64,000 bases of DNA from Candidatus Micrarchaeota archaeon (GTDB taxonomy: Archaea; Micrarchaeota; Micrarchaeia; Norongarragalinales; Norongarragalinaceae): assembly GCA_016207165.1 (NCBI GenBank), contig JACQQD010000008.1, forward strand, positions 32,001 through 96,000. Direction: 5' to 3'. Below, piece by piece: positions 27,945 through 36,906 of this stretch (positions within the stretch are counted from its first letter, which is position 1; the number at the start of each line of letters is the position of its first letter). The notes beneath the pieces were generated by a model, which was given only the letters and a program-made list of their open reading frames with translations, was not told the DNA's origin and made no database searches. Both the position numbers and the translations under genes were made by a program.

Positions 27945-28568
27945 ATGCCCTTTCGAAAATTCATCAACTGGCTGACGAGTCTATTTGGTTCGAAGAAGTC
28001 CTTCTCTCTGGGTTTGTACGGCAACGTCAACGCCGGAAAAAGTACGCTCGCCAACCGCATTTCTAAGGATTGGACCGGCGAGGAAATGAGCCAAGTCTCG
28101 GAGATTCCCCACGAGACGCGCGAAGTCATCAAAAAAGAACGCGTTTCGTTGCAAGTGGACGGCGTGTCCATCACCATGAATTTGTTGGACATGCCCGGCA
28201 TTGCCACGAAAGTGGACTACCGGGACTTCGTCAAACGGGGGATGAAGGCCGCCGACGCGCAGAAGCGCGCCAAGGAGGCCACCAAAGGCATCATCGAAGC
28301 CATCAAGTGGCTGGAGCACGTTGACGCGGCTCTGCTTGTCATGGATGCGTGCGAGGATCCCTACACCCAAGTCAACATCACGATTCTGGGCAATTTGGAG
28401 GCGCGCAAAATCCCGGTCATCATCGTGGCCAACAAGATCGACAAGAAAAACGCGAAACCCGACCGCATCAAAAACGCGTTCCCCCAGCACCGCCTCGTCG
28501 AAGTTTCCGCCTTGAAGGGCACCCACGTCGACAAGCTCTACAAGGCCATCGCCGAATGCGCCAAGTGA
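27945..28568 (+). CDS. oapA: Era-like GTPase OapA
   Basis: G1 GNVNAGKS, PHETR, G3 DMPG, G4 NKID, SAL; DPYTQVNITI.GNLEAR. Confidence 0.9.
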   Translation: MPFRKFINWLTSLFGSKKSFSLGLYGNVNAGKSTLANRISKDWTGEEMSQVSEIPHETREVIKKERVSLQVDGVSITMNLLDMPGIATKVDYRDFVKRGMKAADAQKRAKEATKGIIEAIKWLEHVDAALLVMDACEDPYTQVNITILGNLEARKIPVIIVANKIDKKNAKPDRIKNAFPQHRLVEVSALKGTHVDKLYKAIAECAK

Positions 28569-28578
28569 TGAACCAACC

Positions 28579-28935
28579 ATGGGCATCGAACTGCAATTCA
28601 TTTCCGCCGAGGCGCTTCGTGACAAGACGCCGCCCCAGAAAGTCGAATTCATTTTGGAAGAAATCAAGAAATCCAAGGATCGAATCCTCGTGATTGAAGG
28701 CTCGCTTTCCAACGTGGAAGAGCGCGAACTGATTGCCAAGACCATGCAGTTGGTGTCCAAAAAGTTTCCCGGCATTGAAGTGGCTTCCCTGGGGGAACAG
28801 TCCTCGGACTTCAAGGCGCAGCTCATCAAGCTTCTCGGAGGAAAGCCCGCGGGGTTGACCGTCGTGGGGCCCTCGACGCTCGTCAAACAGATCAAGCGCG
28901 ACCCGAACAAGCTGAGTTTGTTGACGGGAAAGTAG
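28579..28935 (+). CDS. oapB: OapB / DUF2073 protein
   Basis: ILVIEGSL..EE..LI..TM, FPGIE, GLTVVGP. Confidence 0.88.
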   Translation: MGIELQFISAEALRDKTPPQKVEFILEEIKKSKDRILVIEGSLSNVEERELIAKTMQLVSKKFPGIEVASLGEQSSDFKAQLIKLLGGKPAGLTVVGPSTLVKQIKRDPNKLSLLTGK

Positions 28936-28940
28936 CGGGT

Positions 28941-29501
28941 TTACTTTTCAAACTCGTCGCCTTCAATTTCCTTCCTGAGGCGTTCCTGAATTTCAGCAAT
29001 CTGGCCCAAATCGTTTTTTATCATTTTTCGAGCCGTGGATCCTGTTGGAGGAACGACGCCCGACATGATTCCTCGCATGTTTCTCTTAAATTGTTCTAGG
29101 GCGTCTCGCTCTTCGGCGGTTATGCCGGGTCGAATTCCAAGTTCTTGCAATACTTTCAAGCCAACGTCAATTGGGTGATCCGAATGCGTTCCAACGTATA
29201 TTCCTGCTGTTTTTGGGCCGTGGCTTCTTGCAGGAGCAATTGATCCGTTCGCAGCCGTTAATACTTTTTCAAGCGTTCGCCGATCCACGATTTTGACCCG
29301 GCCCAATCCGGTGTCAACGACAACCTCTTCCAGTTCACGCTCTCCATATACGTTGCCCCTTAATTGACGCAGAAACTCCTCATTGACTTGCATAGGAAGT
29401 CCGCCTAAACGCAACTGGTCGCTTTTCAATCCCAATTTTTTTTGGGCCCCTGGACTTTCCAACCCTGTTTCCGCAAACGCGCGCTGAAGAGTCTCTTTCA
29501 T
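28941..29501 (-). CDS. Hypothetical protein inserted between oapB and oapC
   Basis: 186-aa ORF, visibly lower GC, own TTTTTAT box upstream. Confidence 0.65.
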   Translation of the reverse strand: MKETLQRAFAETGLESPGAQKKLGLKSDQLRLGGLPMQVNEEFLRQLRGNVYGERELEEVVVDTGLGRVKIVDRRTLEKVLTAANGSIAPARSHGPKTAGIYVGTHSDHPIDVGLKVLQELGIRPGITAEERDALEQFKRNMRGIMSGVVPPTGSTARKMIKNDLGQIAEIQERLRKEIEGDEFEK

Positions 29502-29610
29502 GACGTCCTTTCGTTAGAGGCCATAAAAACGGTTGCCTTGGCGGGTTTGCTTGTTGCATACACAAGGTTTTAAGCCACAATTCTCCAGCTTTTAATTGGT
29601 CCAGTATTTC

Positions 29611-29967
29611 ATGTCCCACAAGTGCGTGCGCTGTTCCAGCGTGTACCCCAACAATTCCCCGGAACTCATGCGGGGCTGCACCTGCGGGTCCCGCGTCTTT
29701 CTTTTTTTGCGCGAGGAATCCGACGAAATCCAACCCGGCCACGACCCGGAAGCCAAGGATTACGGCTGGCTGGAAGACGAGCTCTCCTTTTTAAGCAAGG
29801 AAAAACCCGTGTCCGTGGATGTGGACGCCGTCGAGAATTTGCGCATCCTGGAAAAAGGCGCCTACGAACTCAACTTGCATTCCCTGATGAAGGGCGAGCC
29901 CTTGGTCATCAAGTCCGACCAACACGTGTACTACGTCAAACTTCCGAACCCCAAGGAATCCAAGTAA
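29611..29967 (+). CDS. oapC: OapC / DUF2072 Zn-ribbon protein
   Basis: MSHKCVRC..Y..GC.CGS..F, ENLRI...G.YELNL. Confidence 0.88.
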   Translation: MSHKCVRCSSVYPNNSPELMRGCTCGSRVFLFLREESDEIQPGHDPEAKDYGWLEDELSFLSKEKPVSVDVDAVENLRILEKGAYELNLHSLMKGEPLVIKSDQHVYYVKLPNPKESK

Positions 29968-29975
29968 CTTGCTAT

Positions 29976-30161
29976 ATGGCCATTTTGATGTTCATCACTG
30001 GCGGCACCATCGACAAGGCCTACAAAGGCCCTCCGCACGCCGGCTACGAACAACAGAAAACCTTCATCCACGACATGCTTGTTCAGTGCCGCGTTGATTT
30101 GTTTTTTCGTACACGGTCGAGTACTACGTGCACGACCCCGCCAAGGAGTGAACGGCTTTGA
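29976..30161 (+). pseudogene. Truncated asparaginase-domain gene (N-terminal fragment)
   Basis: MAILMFITGGTIDKAY catalytic-Thr motif, then ends after 61 aa. Confidence 0.65.
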
Positions 30162-31666
30162 AGTGGCTGAAAGTCGAGGAAATCAAGCCCTTTCCCCTGA
30201 GTCCCTGCGACCAAATCTATGCGCACGCCGCCTTGGTCGTCAAGGAACTCTTGGGCAAACCCATTCCCGGTTTTGCTTTCCATTACCAGGACTACGGCAT
30301 CGAGTTTCTCATCGCCGACGAAGACCGCATGGACCTTGGAAGTCGCATCCTGGACCGCATCGCCGATAAACGTTTCACCGACCGCGTCGTTTTCGAAGGC
30401 TTGGCGGCCTGTGAACAACTTCTGGAATTGGCCGAACCGTTTTCCAAGTCGAACGAGTATTCCAACAATCAACTCGCCGACCGTTTTGAAAGATACCTTG
30501 GGCTCTTGGGCAAATCCATGGGCTACGGCTACCTTGGAAACCTCTTGGACTACGCCTCCGACGAGGTCGACAACGTCCTAGTCGAAAAACTGGAGAAAAA
30601 CGTGTTCTCCAAGGTGTCCGACCGGCGGCAGGCCATCGACGTCCTGTTGGCCTTGACTACGCCGGATGAAGTCACGTACCCCAACTTGGAGCACCGGGAG
30701 TTTTTGAAACTCGCGGCCGACGTTTCATCCAACCCCGCCGCCCAAAAAACGCTCCTGAAGGAAAAGCCGGAAACCCTGTCCGCCGTCTTCCAGGAAAAAT
30801 TCCCGGACTTGGCCTCTGAAATTGACGCTCACCAACGAAAATGGGTGTGGCTGTCGTTTCTGTTCGTGGGCCCGGCCAAGTGGACGCATTCCTACTTTTA
30901 CGGTTTGCTTTCCACCATGGCGAAAAGCGGTGAAGACCCATCCGCCGAACTGGCACGCCTGGAAAGCCAGCCGAATCAAATCAAGGCTGCCCGGAAAAAA
31001 GCGGGAAACATGGTGCCCGACGACGCGTACTTTTACGCGGCGCGCACGCTTTCGTACCTGAAAGCCATGCGCAAAGACGCGCAAGTGCATTCCTACTATT
31101 ACCTGGATGGCTTCTACAAGCACGTCGCCAAGGTTTTCGGGTTGTCGCCGACCCAGGCGCGTTTCCACACCAGTGAAGAACTTCTGGACGTTCTCCGCGG
31201 CGGCGCCCAACCGGATGCCGCGAAAGCCAACGCGCGCTTCAAGCAATGTTTTTTCTCTACGTATCACGGAACCGTTCAAGTCGTTGACGGTAAAGACGCG
31301 GCCGACTTAGCCCAGGACGTGCGGCGGCCGGTTGCGGTTGAAGCCGACGAAGTCAAAGGCAGTTGCGCGTGCCCCGGACAGGCCGTGGGCATCGTCAAAA
31401 TCGTCAACACCGTCGAGGAGGCATCCAAAGTCAATTCCGGCGACGTGCTGGTATCGTACGCCACCAACCCGGAGCTGGTGTCCGCCATGCGAAAAGCGGG
31501 AGCCATCGTTACCGACATGGGGGGACTCACGTGCCACGCCGCCATCGTCGCCCGCGAACTGGACAAGCCGTGCGTGATCGGCACCAAGCACGCGACGCGG
31601 GTCTTTCGGGACGGTGACCGCGTGGCTGTGGATGCCGATTCAGGCATCGTGCGAAAGTTGGATTGA
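30158..31666 (+). CDS. PEP-utilizing enzyme mobile-domain protein (no ATP-grasp recognised)
   Basis: C-terminal GDVLV..T.P, TDMGGLTCHAAIVAREL.KPCVIG phospho-His domain. Confidence 0.88.
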   Translation: MKWLKVEEIKPFPLSPCDQIYAHAALVVKELLGKPIPGFAFHYQDYGIEFLIADEDRMDLGSRILDRIADKRFTDRVVFEGLAACEQLLELAEPFSKSNEYSNNQLADRFERYLGLLGKSMGYGYLGNLLDYASDEVDNVLVEKLEKNVFSKVSDRRQAIDVLLALTTPDEVTYPNLEHREFLKLAADVSSNPAAQKTLLKEKPETLSAVFQEKFPDLASEIDAHQRKWVWLSFLFVGPAKWTHSYFYGLLSTMAKSGEDPSAELARLESQPNQIKAARKKAGNMVPDDAYFYAARTLSYLKAMRKDAQVHSYYYLDGFYKHVAKVFGLSPTQARFHTSEELLDVLRGGAQPDAAKANARFKQCFFSTYHGTVQVVDGKDAADLAQDVRRPVAVEADEVKGSCACPGQAVGIVKIVNTVEEASKVNSGDVLVSYATNPELVSAMRKAGAIVTDMGGLTCHAAIVARELDKPCVIGTKHATRVFRDGDRVAVDADSGIVRKLD

Positions 31667-31675
31667 ATTTCCGGG

Positions 31676-32092
31676 TTACTCTTCGGGAACGTGTTCTTTT
31701 TCCCACCATTTCTGTACTTCTTTCAAGGTTTGGTTGGCAGGGTGTTCTTCTTGAAGGGCGACGAGGCGGTAGTTGCCGTTTCCGTCGTGCTGGATGGTGA
31801 CTCCGGTTAAATCTGTTTTCAAGCCGTTGTGTCCGTTGGAGGCCAGCAAAACATTCCGTATGTTCTCTTCTTTTCCCGGCGTTCCTTTCAAGTGAAAAAC
31901 CACTTTTCGAATCCTTCCAACGCGGACCCCCTTTTCAGGGTCAAGAGCGCCCTTTGCTTTCGAGAAGTAGTCTTTGGCTGACGCTCCCACTTCTCCAACG
32001 GTTCTCCAGCGACCCCCACGGATTGGATTGGATGGCGTGAAACCGCCGTGGCCCATCAATGCCTTCAACGTGGTTCGGATGTGTTCAGACAT
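31676..32092 (-). CDS. Hypothetical basic protein
   Basis: 138-aa ORF, GAGGG SD-like upstream, lower GC; no motif. Confidence 0.6.
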   Translation of the reverse strand: MSEHIRTTLKALMGHGGFTPSNPIRGGRWRTVGEVGASAKDYFSKAKGALDPEKGVRVGRIRKVVFHLKGTPGKEENIRNVLLASNGHNGLKTDLTGVTIQHDGNGNYRLVALQEEHPANQTLKEVQKWWEKEHVPEE

Positions 32093-32196
32093 GCCGTTTC
32101 CCTCTTGTTCTTACTTCTTTCTGCGGGAGCTTTAACCCTTTTGCTTTTGTTGTTCCAAACGTTTTTTAACCCGGATTCCAATGTATAAAAGAAAGC

Positions 32197-32259
32197 AAAT
32201 TGAGCGAAGCGAAGGAGGGTTGCCGTCCGACGCGACCAATTGCTCAAGCTCTTTTTTTT
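32197..32259 (+). promoter_or_regulatory. Structured guaB leader containing family C repeat and T8 tract
   Basis: TTGAGC/GCTCAA outer stem, GGTTGC/GCGACC inner stem, then 8 T. Confidence 0.45.
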
Positions 32260-32301
32260 CCAGTCCGCTGGTTTTTTCCGAGGCTTAGGAGGAAGTGGAC
32301 C

Positions 32302-33384
32302 ATGAACAAGTTCCAGGAAAAAATCGACAACGCCAAGGAAGCGCTCACGTACGACGACGTTTTGATTCGACCTGGCTATTCGGCCGTCTCGATTTCCGAC
32401 GTTTCCACAAAAACGCGCATCACTCAGAACATCGAAATTGACTTGCCTATCGTCTCCTCTCCCATGGACACGGTCACGGAAAGCCAACTTGCTATAGCCA
32501 TGGCCAAGCGCGGCGGGGTTGGCGTGATCCACTACAACATCAGCGTGCCGGATCAAGTCGCCCACGTGAAAAAAGTCAAGTCGGAAGACTGGTTGGTGGG
32601 CGCGGCGGTGGGCCCGCAAGACGACGAGCGCGTCAAAAAGTTGTTGGACGCGGAAGCGGATTTTTTGGTTATTGACACGGCGCACGGCTACCGAAAGTCG
32701 GTGTTGGATGCCGTCAAGCGCTACAAGAAAGAAGGCGCCCAAGTGGTCGCCGGCAACATCGTTTCCAAAACCGCCGCCGAGGGACTCGTTGCCGCTGGCG
32801 CGGACGGCTTGCGAGTGGGAGTCGGACCAGGATCTATATGCACCACAAGAGTAGTAACCGGCATTGGGGTTCCGCAACTCACAGCGGTCTCGGAAGTCGC
32901 CGACTACGCGGCATCCTATAACATCCCCGTGATTGCCGACGGCGGCATCAAGTACTCCGGTGATTTGGCCAAAGCGTTGGCCGCTGGCGCAAACGTGGGG
33001 ATGTTGGGCAACGTCTTGGCAGGCACCGACGAAGCACCCGGTGAACTCATTGAACAGGAAGGCGTCAAGTACAAGAAGTACCGCGGCATGGGGTCTGTTG
33101 AATCCCTGAAAGCGAATTGGGCGAACCGATACGACGCGTTCAAGAAAAGCCTGGTTCCGGAAGGCGTTTCAGGTTTGACCAAGTACCGCGGCTCCGTGGA
33201 ACAAGTCCTCACCCAGTTTGAAGGCGGGTTGAAGAAGGCCATGGTGTACGTGGGCGCGAAAAACTTGGAGGAATTCAAGGAGAAAGCAGTGTTCGTGCGC
33301 ATCACGTCATCGGGGTTCTTGGAAAGCCACCCGCACTCGTTGCTGGGCATCGAGGACACCAGCAATTACGAGGGCAAGAAATGA
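32302..33384 (+). CDS. guaB: IMP dehydrogenase (CBS-less)
   Basis: [41 protein letters not shown]; AGGAGG SD. Confidence 0.96.
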   Translation: MNKFQEKIDNAKEALTYDDVLIRPGYSAVSISDVSTKTRITQNIEIDLPIVSSPMDTVTESQLAIAMAKRGGVGVIHYNISVPDQVAHVKKVKSEDWLVGAAVGPQDDERVKKLLDAEADFLVIDTAHGYRKSVLDAVKRYKKEGAQVVAGNIVSKTAAEGLVAAGADGLRVGVGPGSICTTRVVTGIGVPQLTAVSEVADYAASYNIPVIADGGIKYSGDLAKALAAGANVGMLGNVLAGTDEAPGELIEQEGVKYKKYRGMGSVESLKANWANRYDAFKKSLVPEGVSGLTKYRGSVEQVLTQFEGGLKKAMVYVGAKNLEEFKEKAVFVRITSSGFLESHPHSLLGIEDTSNYEGKK

Positions 33385-34877
33385 TTGCCGTCCTGGATTT
33401 CGGGGGCCAGTACACGCACTTGATTGCCCGGCGTTTCCGGGATCTGCGCGTGGCCGTCCGCATTTTTCCCCACGCGGTTTCGCCCTCGGATCTAACGGAC
33501 GCCTCCGGCATCGTTTTTTCGGGCGGGCCGTCCAGCGTCTACGCTCAAAACGCGCCCCTTCCGGACCCGAAGATTTTTGACTTGGGAAAACCGATTCTGG
33601 GGTTGTGCTTCGGCCATCAATTCATGGCCAAGCATTTCGGCGGCGACGTGAAGCGTTCTTCCCGCGAGTACGGCGCGCGCACCATTGACGTGGTGAAAAA
33701 ACAAGGCGTGCTCAAAGGCCTCAACCGTCGGGAAACCGTGTGGTTCTCGCACGGCGACACCGTGTTGAGCGTACCGCAAGGCTTCGAGGTCCTCGCCCAA
33801 AGCGGGGACGCCATCGCCGCTTATCAAAAGGGTAACTGGTTCGGCTTGCAGTTCCACCCGGAAGTCCACCACACGCCCTGCGGGCAAAAAGTGCTGGAAA
33901 ACTTCGCTTTTGCCGTGTGCGGCGAGAAAAAGTTGACGTCTACGTTCTCCGTGGAACTGTTGCAGCAAGACGCCAAGGCCCGCGTCGGCGAGAAAAACGT
34001 CGTCATGGGCGTGTCCGGCGGCGTGGACTCCACCGTCGCCGCGTTTCTACTCAAAAAGCCGTTGGGCAAGAAGCTGTACCCGATTTTCGTGGACACGGGT
34101 TTGATGCGGAACGGCGAAGTCGCCGAAATCAAGGCGTTTTTCAAGGATTTCCCGAATTTCGTGGCCGTGGATGCCTCCCAACGATTTCTCTCGCAACTCG
34201 AAGGCGTCTCGGACCCAGAACAAAAAAGAAAAATCATCGGCCACTTGTTCGTGGACGTGTTCGAGCAAGCCGCCCAAAAGGTTGCGGACGTCGGGTTTCT
34301 CGCTCAAGGGACGATTTTTTCGGACCGCGTGGAATCCGCGGCCACCAGTTCCGTTTCCTCGAAAATCAAGTCCCACCACAACCTCACTTTGCCGGAAAAA
34401 ATGAAGTGGACTGTCTTGGAGCCGTTGGCGGAACTCTACAAGGACGAAGTGCGGGCTTTGGGCGCAACGCTGGGTGTTCCGGCGGAAATCATCGGCCGCC
34501 ACCCGTTTCCGGGCCCGGGTTTGGCCATTAACATCGTCGGCGAAGTCACGCCGGAAAAACTGGGCATCGTCCGCCAGGCCGACTTCATTTTCATCGAGGA
34601 ACTCAAGAAATCGGGTTGGTACGACAAGGTGTTTGAAGCGTTTGCCGCGGTTCTGCCTTGCAAGACGGTGGGTGTCAAAGGCGACGAGCGCTCCTATGAA
34701 TACCCCGTGGTTCTGCGTTGCGTCCACTCCAGAGACGTCATGACGGCCGACTGGGTCAAGTTGCCCCACGACCTTCTCCAGACCGTCTCCAGCCGCATTC
34801 TCAATGAAGTGGAAGGCGTGAACCGTGTGTTCTACGATGTTTCGCAAAAGCCGCCTTCGACCATTCGATACGAATGA
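33381..34877 (+). CDS. guaA: GMP synthase, fused glutaminase + synthase
   Basis: LDFGGQY, GLCFGHQ, QFHPEV, SGGVDS, IKSHHN, HPFPGPGLA, KPPSTIRYE. Confidence 0.97.
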   Translation: MIAVLDFGGQYTHLIARRFRDLRVAVRIFPHAVSPSDLTDASGIVFSGGPSSVYAQNAPLPDPKIFDLGKPILGLCFGHQFMAKHFGGDVKRSSREYGARTIDVVKKQGVLKGLNRRETVWFSHGDTVLSVPQGFEVLAQSGDAIAAYQKGNWFGLQFHPEVHHTPCGQKVLENFAFAVCGEKKLTSTFSVELLQQDAKARVGEKNVVMGVSGGVDSTVAAFLLKKPLGKKLYPIFVDTGLMRNGEVAEIKAFFKDFPNFVAVDASQRFLSQLEGVSDPEQKRKIIGHLFVDVFEQAAQKVADVGFLAQGTIFSDRVESAATSSVSSKIKSHHNLTLPEKMKWTVLEPLAELYKDEVRALGATLGVPAEIIGRHPFPGPGLAINIVGEVTPEKLGIVRQADFIFIEELKKSGWYDKVFEAFAAVLPCKTVGVKGDERSYEYPVVLRCVHSRDVMTADWVKLPHDLLQTVSSRILNEVEGVNRVFYDVSQKPPSTIRYE

Positions 34878-34890
34878 TTTATATATCATT

Positions 34891-34921
34891 TGATGCATTT
34901 TTGATGCATTGGTGATGCATT
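34891..34921. promoter_or_regulatory. Three TGATGCATT direct repeats (11-bp period), probable TA operator
   Basis: Copies at 34891, 34902, 34913 downstream of TTTATATA and over the antitoxin start. Confidence 0.65.
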
Positions 34922-35169
34922 TGCGTACGACGGTGGCGTTGGAAGGCGCCGTGGAATTGATTCTGGAAAAAGCCGTCAAGCTGGGCTTGGCGCGATCCAA
35001 GACGGACGCCTTGCGGATGGGCGTTTTTGCCTTGAACAAGGAATACCATCTGGTCAAAGACTTGGAGTTGGAAATGGTTGGACGCAAAATTGAGGCTCAA
35101 AAAGCGGAAATGAAGCGCAAAGGCCGCCGGTATCTTTCCGAAGAAGAAGCGTTGGGAAAATACCGGTGA
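34915..35169 (+). CDS. Ribbon-helix-helix antitoxin
   Basis: RTTV.L..V..G..SKTDALR; YLSEEEAL tail; precedes toxin. Confidence 0.75.
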   Translation: MHLRTTVALEGAVELILEKAVKLGLARSKTDALRMGVFALNKEYHLVKDLELEMVGRKIEAQKAEMKRKGRRYLSEEEALGKYR

Positions 35170-35175
35170 TTTTTC

Positions 35176-35445
35176 TTGGATTTGTCGGAATGGCGCATCG
35201 AGTTTGAGCCGAATTGGGATCACCATTTCAGGAAATTCGATCGGAACACGCAACTTAAAATCATCAAGAAAATCGATCACATGAAGCAACCCCTCGTGGG
35301 CCGCGGACTTCATGGTTCTCCGTACATGGTTGAGGAAGTCGGCCAATACCGGATTGCCTTTGAACAAGACGAAAAAACGCGTACCAAAACCGTTCACTTT
35401 GTTGGCAATCACAAGCAATACGAGGCGTGGTATCGTTCGTTGTAA
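35176..35445 (+). CDS. RelE/ParE-family toxin
   Basis: W.IEF..F.K.D..I.KKI, VGQYRI.F, FVG.H..YE. Confidence 0.78.
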   Translation: MDLSEWRIEFEPNWDHHFRKFDRNTQLKIIKKIDHMKQPLVGRGLHGSPYMVEEVGQYRIAFEQDEKTRTKTVHFVGNHKQYEAWYRSL

Positions 35446-35461
35446 GCGGATTTTGGGCGTT

Positions 35462-35929
35462 CTATTTAAGGTAGCCTTGGATGCGGGCTTTGCCGTTGGA
35501 CTTCTGGATTTTCAAGTCAAACGCTTGGTTCAGCGTGCGTTCGCCGAATCCTCTGGCGCGGATGAGGTCGTCTTCCGCGAAACGCCCTTTTCCAAGAAAC
35601 GACAATGCGCCGTACAATTTGGCGAAAAACGTGTTTTTCTCCACTTGCGCCCCCCTTTTTTTGAGTAGGGCCGTTCCATCGTCTCCGGACGCGTTCTTGA
35701 TGCCAAACACCGACACTTTTTTTCCGGTCCACTCGCGTTTTTCGACGTAGTCGTTTAGCGAAAACGTTTTTCCTTGCTTGCCGCCCAAAAAAACGAAGTC
35801 AACGCCTTGAGGGTCCGGGTTTTTGGAAACGGATTGAAGCACGGCTTGGTGCCCGATTTCCTTGACGCCTTCGGCCACGGCTTCCGCCAGTTTTTGCACG
35901 GCGTCGTCAAAAACGATCAAGACGTTCAT
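35462..35929 (-). CDS. Flavodoxin-like fold protein
   Basis: MNVLIVF..LAEAVAEG, D.VFLG, GKKV.VFG, ARGFGE; FMN loop looks degenerate. Confidence 0.7.
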   Translation of the reverse strand: MNVLIVFDDAVQKLAEAVAEGVKEIGHQAVLQSVSKNPDPQGVDFVFLGGKQGKTFSLNDYVEKREWTGKKVSVFGIKNASGDDGTALLKKRGAQVEKNTFFAKLYGALSFLGKGRFAEDDLIRARGFGERTLNQAFDLKIQKSNGKARIQGYLK

Positions 35930-35966
35930 GGAGACAACTCAACGGCGTTCAAGCATAAATGCTTTG

Positions 35967-36013
35967 CAGTAAGCCCAGGCCTATTCGTCGTGAAATTTAC
36001 GGGTCTTACGCTG
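35967..36013. repeat. Family A palindromic unit (degenerate arms)
   Basis: Exact core CTATTCGTCGTGAAATTT at 35981-35998. Confidence 0.8.
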
Positions 36014-36021
36014 TCCGTGGT

Positions 36022-36810
36022 TCAGAAATACGCGGAAAGCGGGGCGGCATTGATTTTCCTTCCCACCGCGTCCGGCAACCCGAACACGCGGCGCTCCCCG
36101 TTCTGCTGCAAAAACAAGACGGGTCCCTTCCACCCCGTCACCGTGCCTTGAAGCGTGGGCGTGGGCCGCGCGTCCAACGAATCGGGGTAATGGCGTTGAA
36201 GGCTTTGCACGGGCTTTTCCACGGAATTCTCCGGAAACGCGTCGCGCACGCGCCGGATGTGGGGTTGCTCCAACTCGTCTTTCAGAAGCGTCCCATCGGG
36301 CTTGGGTAGTTTCATCTTGTCTCCCAGCACGATGCGGGCCGCCAAACCGGTTCGAAACAAGGCGGATTCAATGACGCGCGCTTTCTGCCCGTTCAACCCC
36401 GAAAACGCTTCCAAGGCAAAGTCGGCGCCTTGCTCGACCCACCGCTTTTCCAGTCGGCTCGTCTTGGAGATGCCGGCTTTCACGGTTTGCCCAAACGACG
36501 CCAAATACACGGAGTACTCTTTTCCAAAACAATCGTCCTTGAGTTGGGAATTAAACTGGAGGCACGTAGCCCCGTCGCACCGCAAACAGACCAGGAAATC
36601 GTCTTCTTTGGCGCATGACGAGCACTGCTTGCGCCCAATACGCGTTTCAGGACAAACATGGCGTTGCCCGCTTCGGGAGTATCCCAGGCAATGCACTTCG
36701 GGATGCAGAGCCAAGTCGACGGCGGAGCCTTTTTCCAATAGCTGGGTTTTTTCGCCGATGTGCAGCTGCGGCACCCATTCGTCGGAATACGAAACGCGTT
36801 CGATGAGCAT
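36022..36810 (-). CDS. DUF2797-family Cys-rich protein
   Basis: C.G..CP..QC..C, VYLA.FG..KAGIS..RWVEQGA, G.V.G.KG. Confidence 0.8.
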   Translation of the reverse strand: MLIERVSYSDEWVPQLHIGEKTQLLEKGSAVDLALHPEVHCLGYSRSGQRHVCPETRIGRKQCSSCAKEDDFLVCLRCDGATCLQFNSQLKDDCFGKEYSVYLASFGQTVKAGISKTSRLEKRWVEQGADFALEAFSGLNGQKARVIESALFRTGLAARIVLGDKMKLPKPDGTLLKDELEQPHIRRVRDAFPENSVEKPVQSLQRHYPDSLDARPTPTLQGTVTGWKGPVLFLQQNGERRVFGLPDAVGRKINAAPLSAYF

Positions 36811-36906
36811 GTACGGTTTTTCTTTTGTGGTCAAGCCGTTTTTAACGTGGGGGCGGCCTGGCCGGTGAAGAGGCCTTAAAAAGTCGGCATGCGCTTTTTC
36901 AGTCAT

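Noticed and set aside
32203-32240. Match to ykkC (PRPP/ppGpp) or ZTP riboswitch
   Set aside because: Only short words (AGGGUU, GCGACC) agree; the consensus architecture is missing and the motif recurs at 44900 in an unrelated context.
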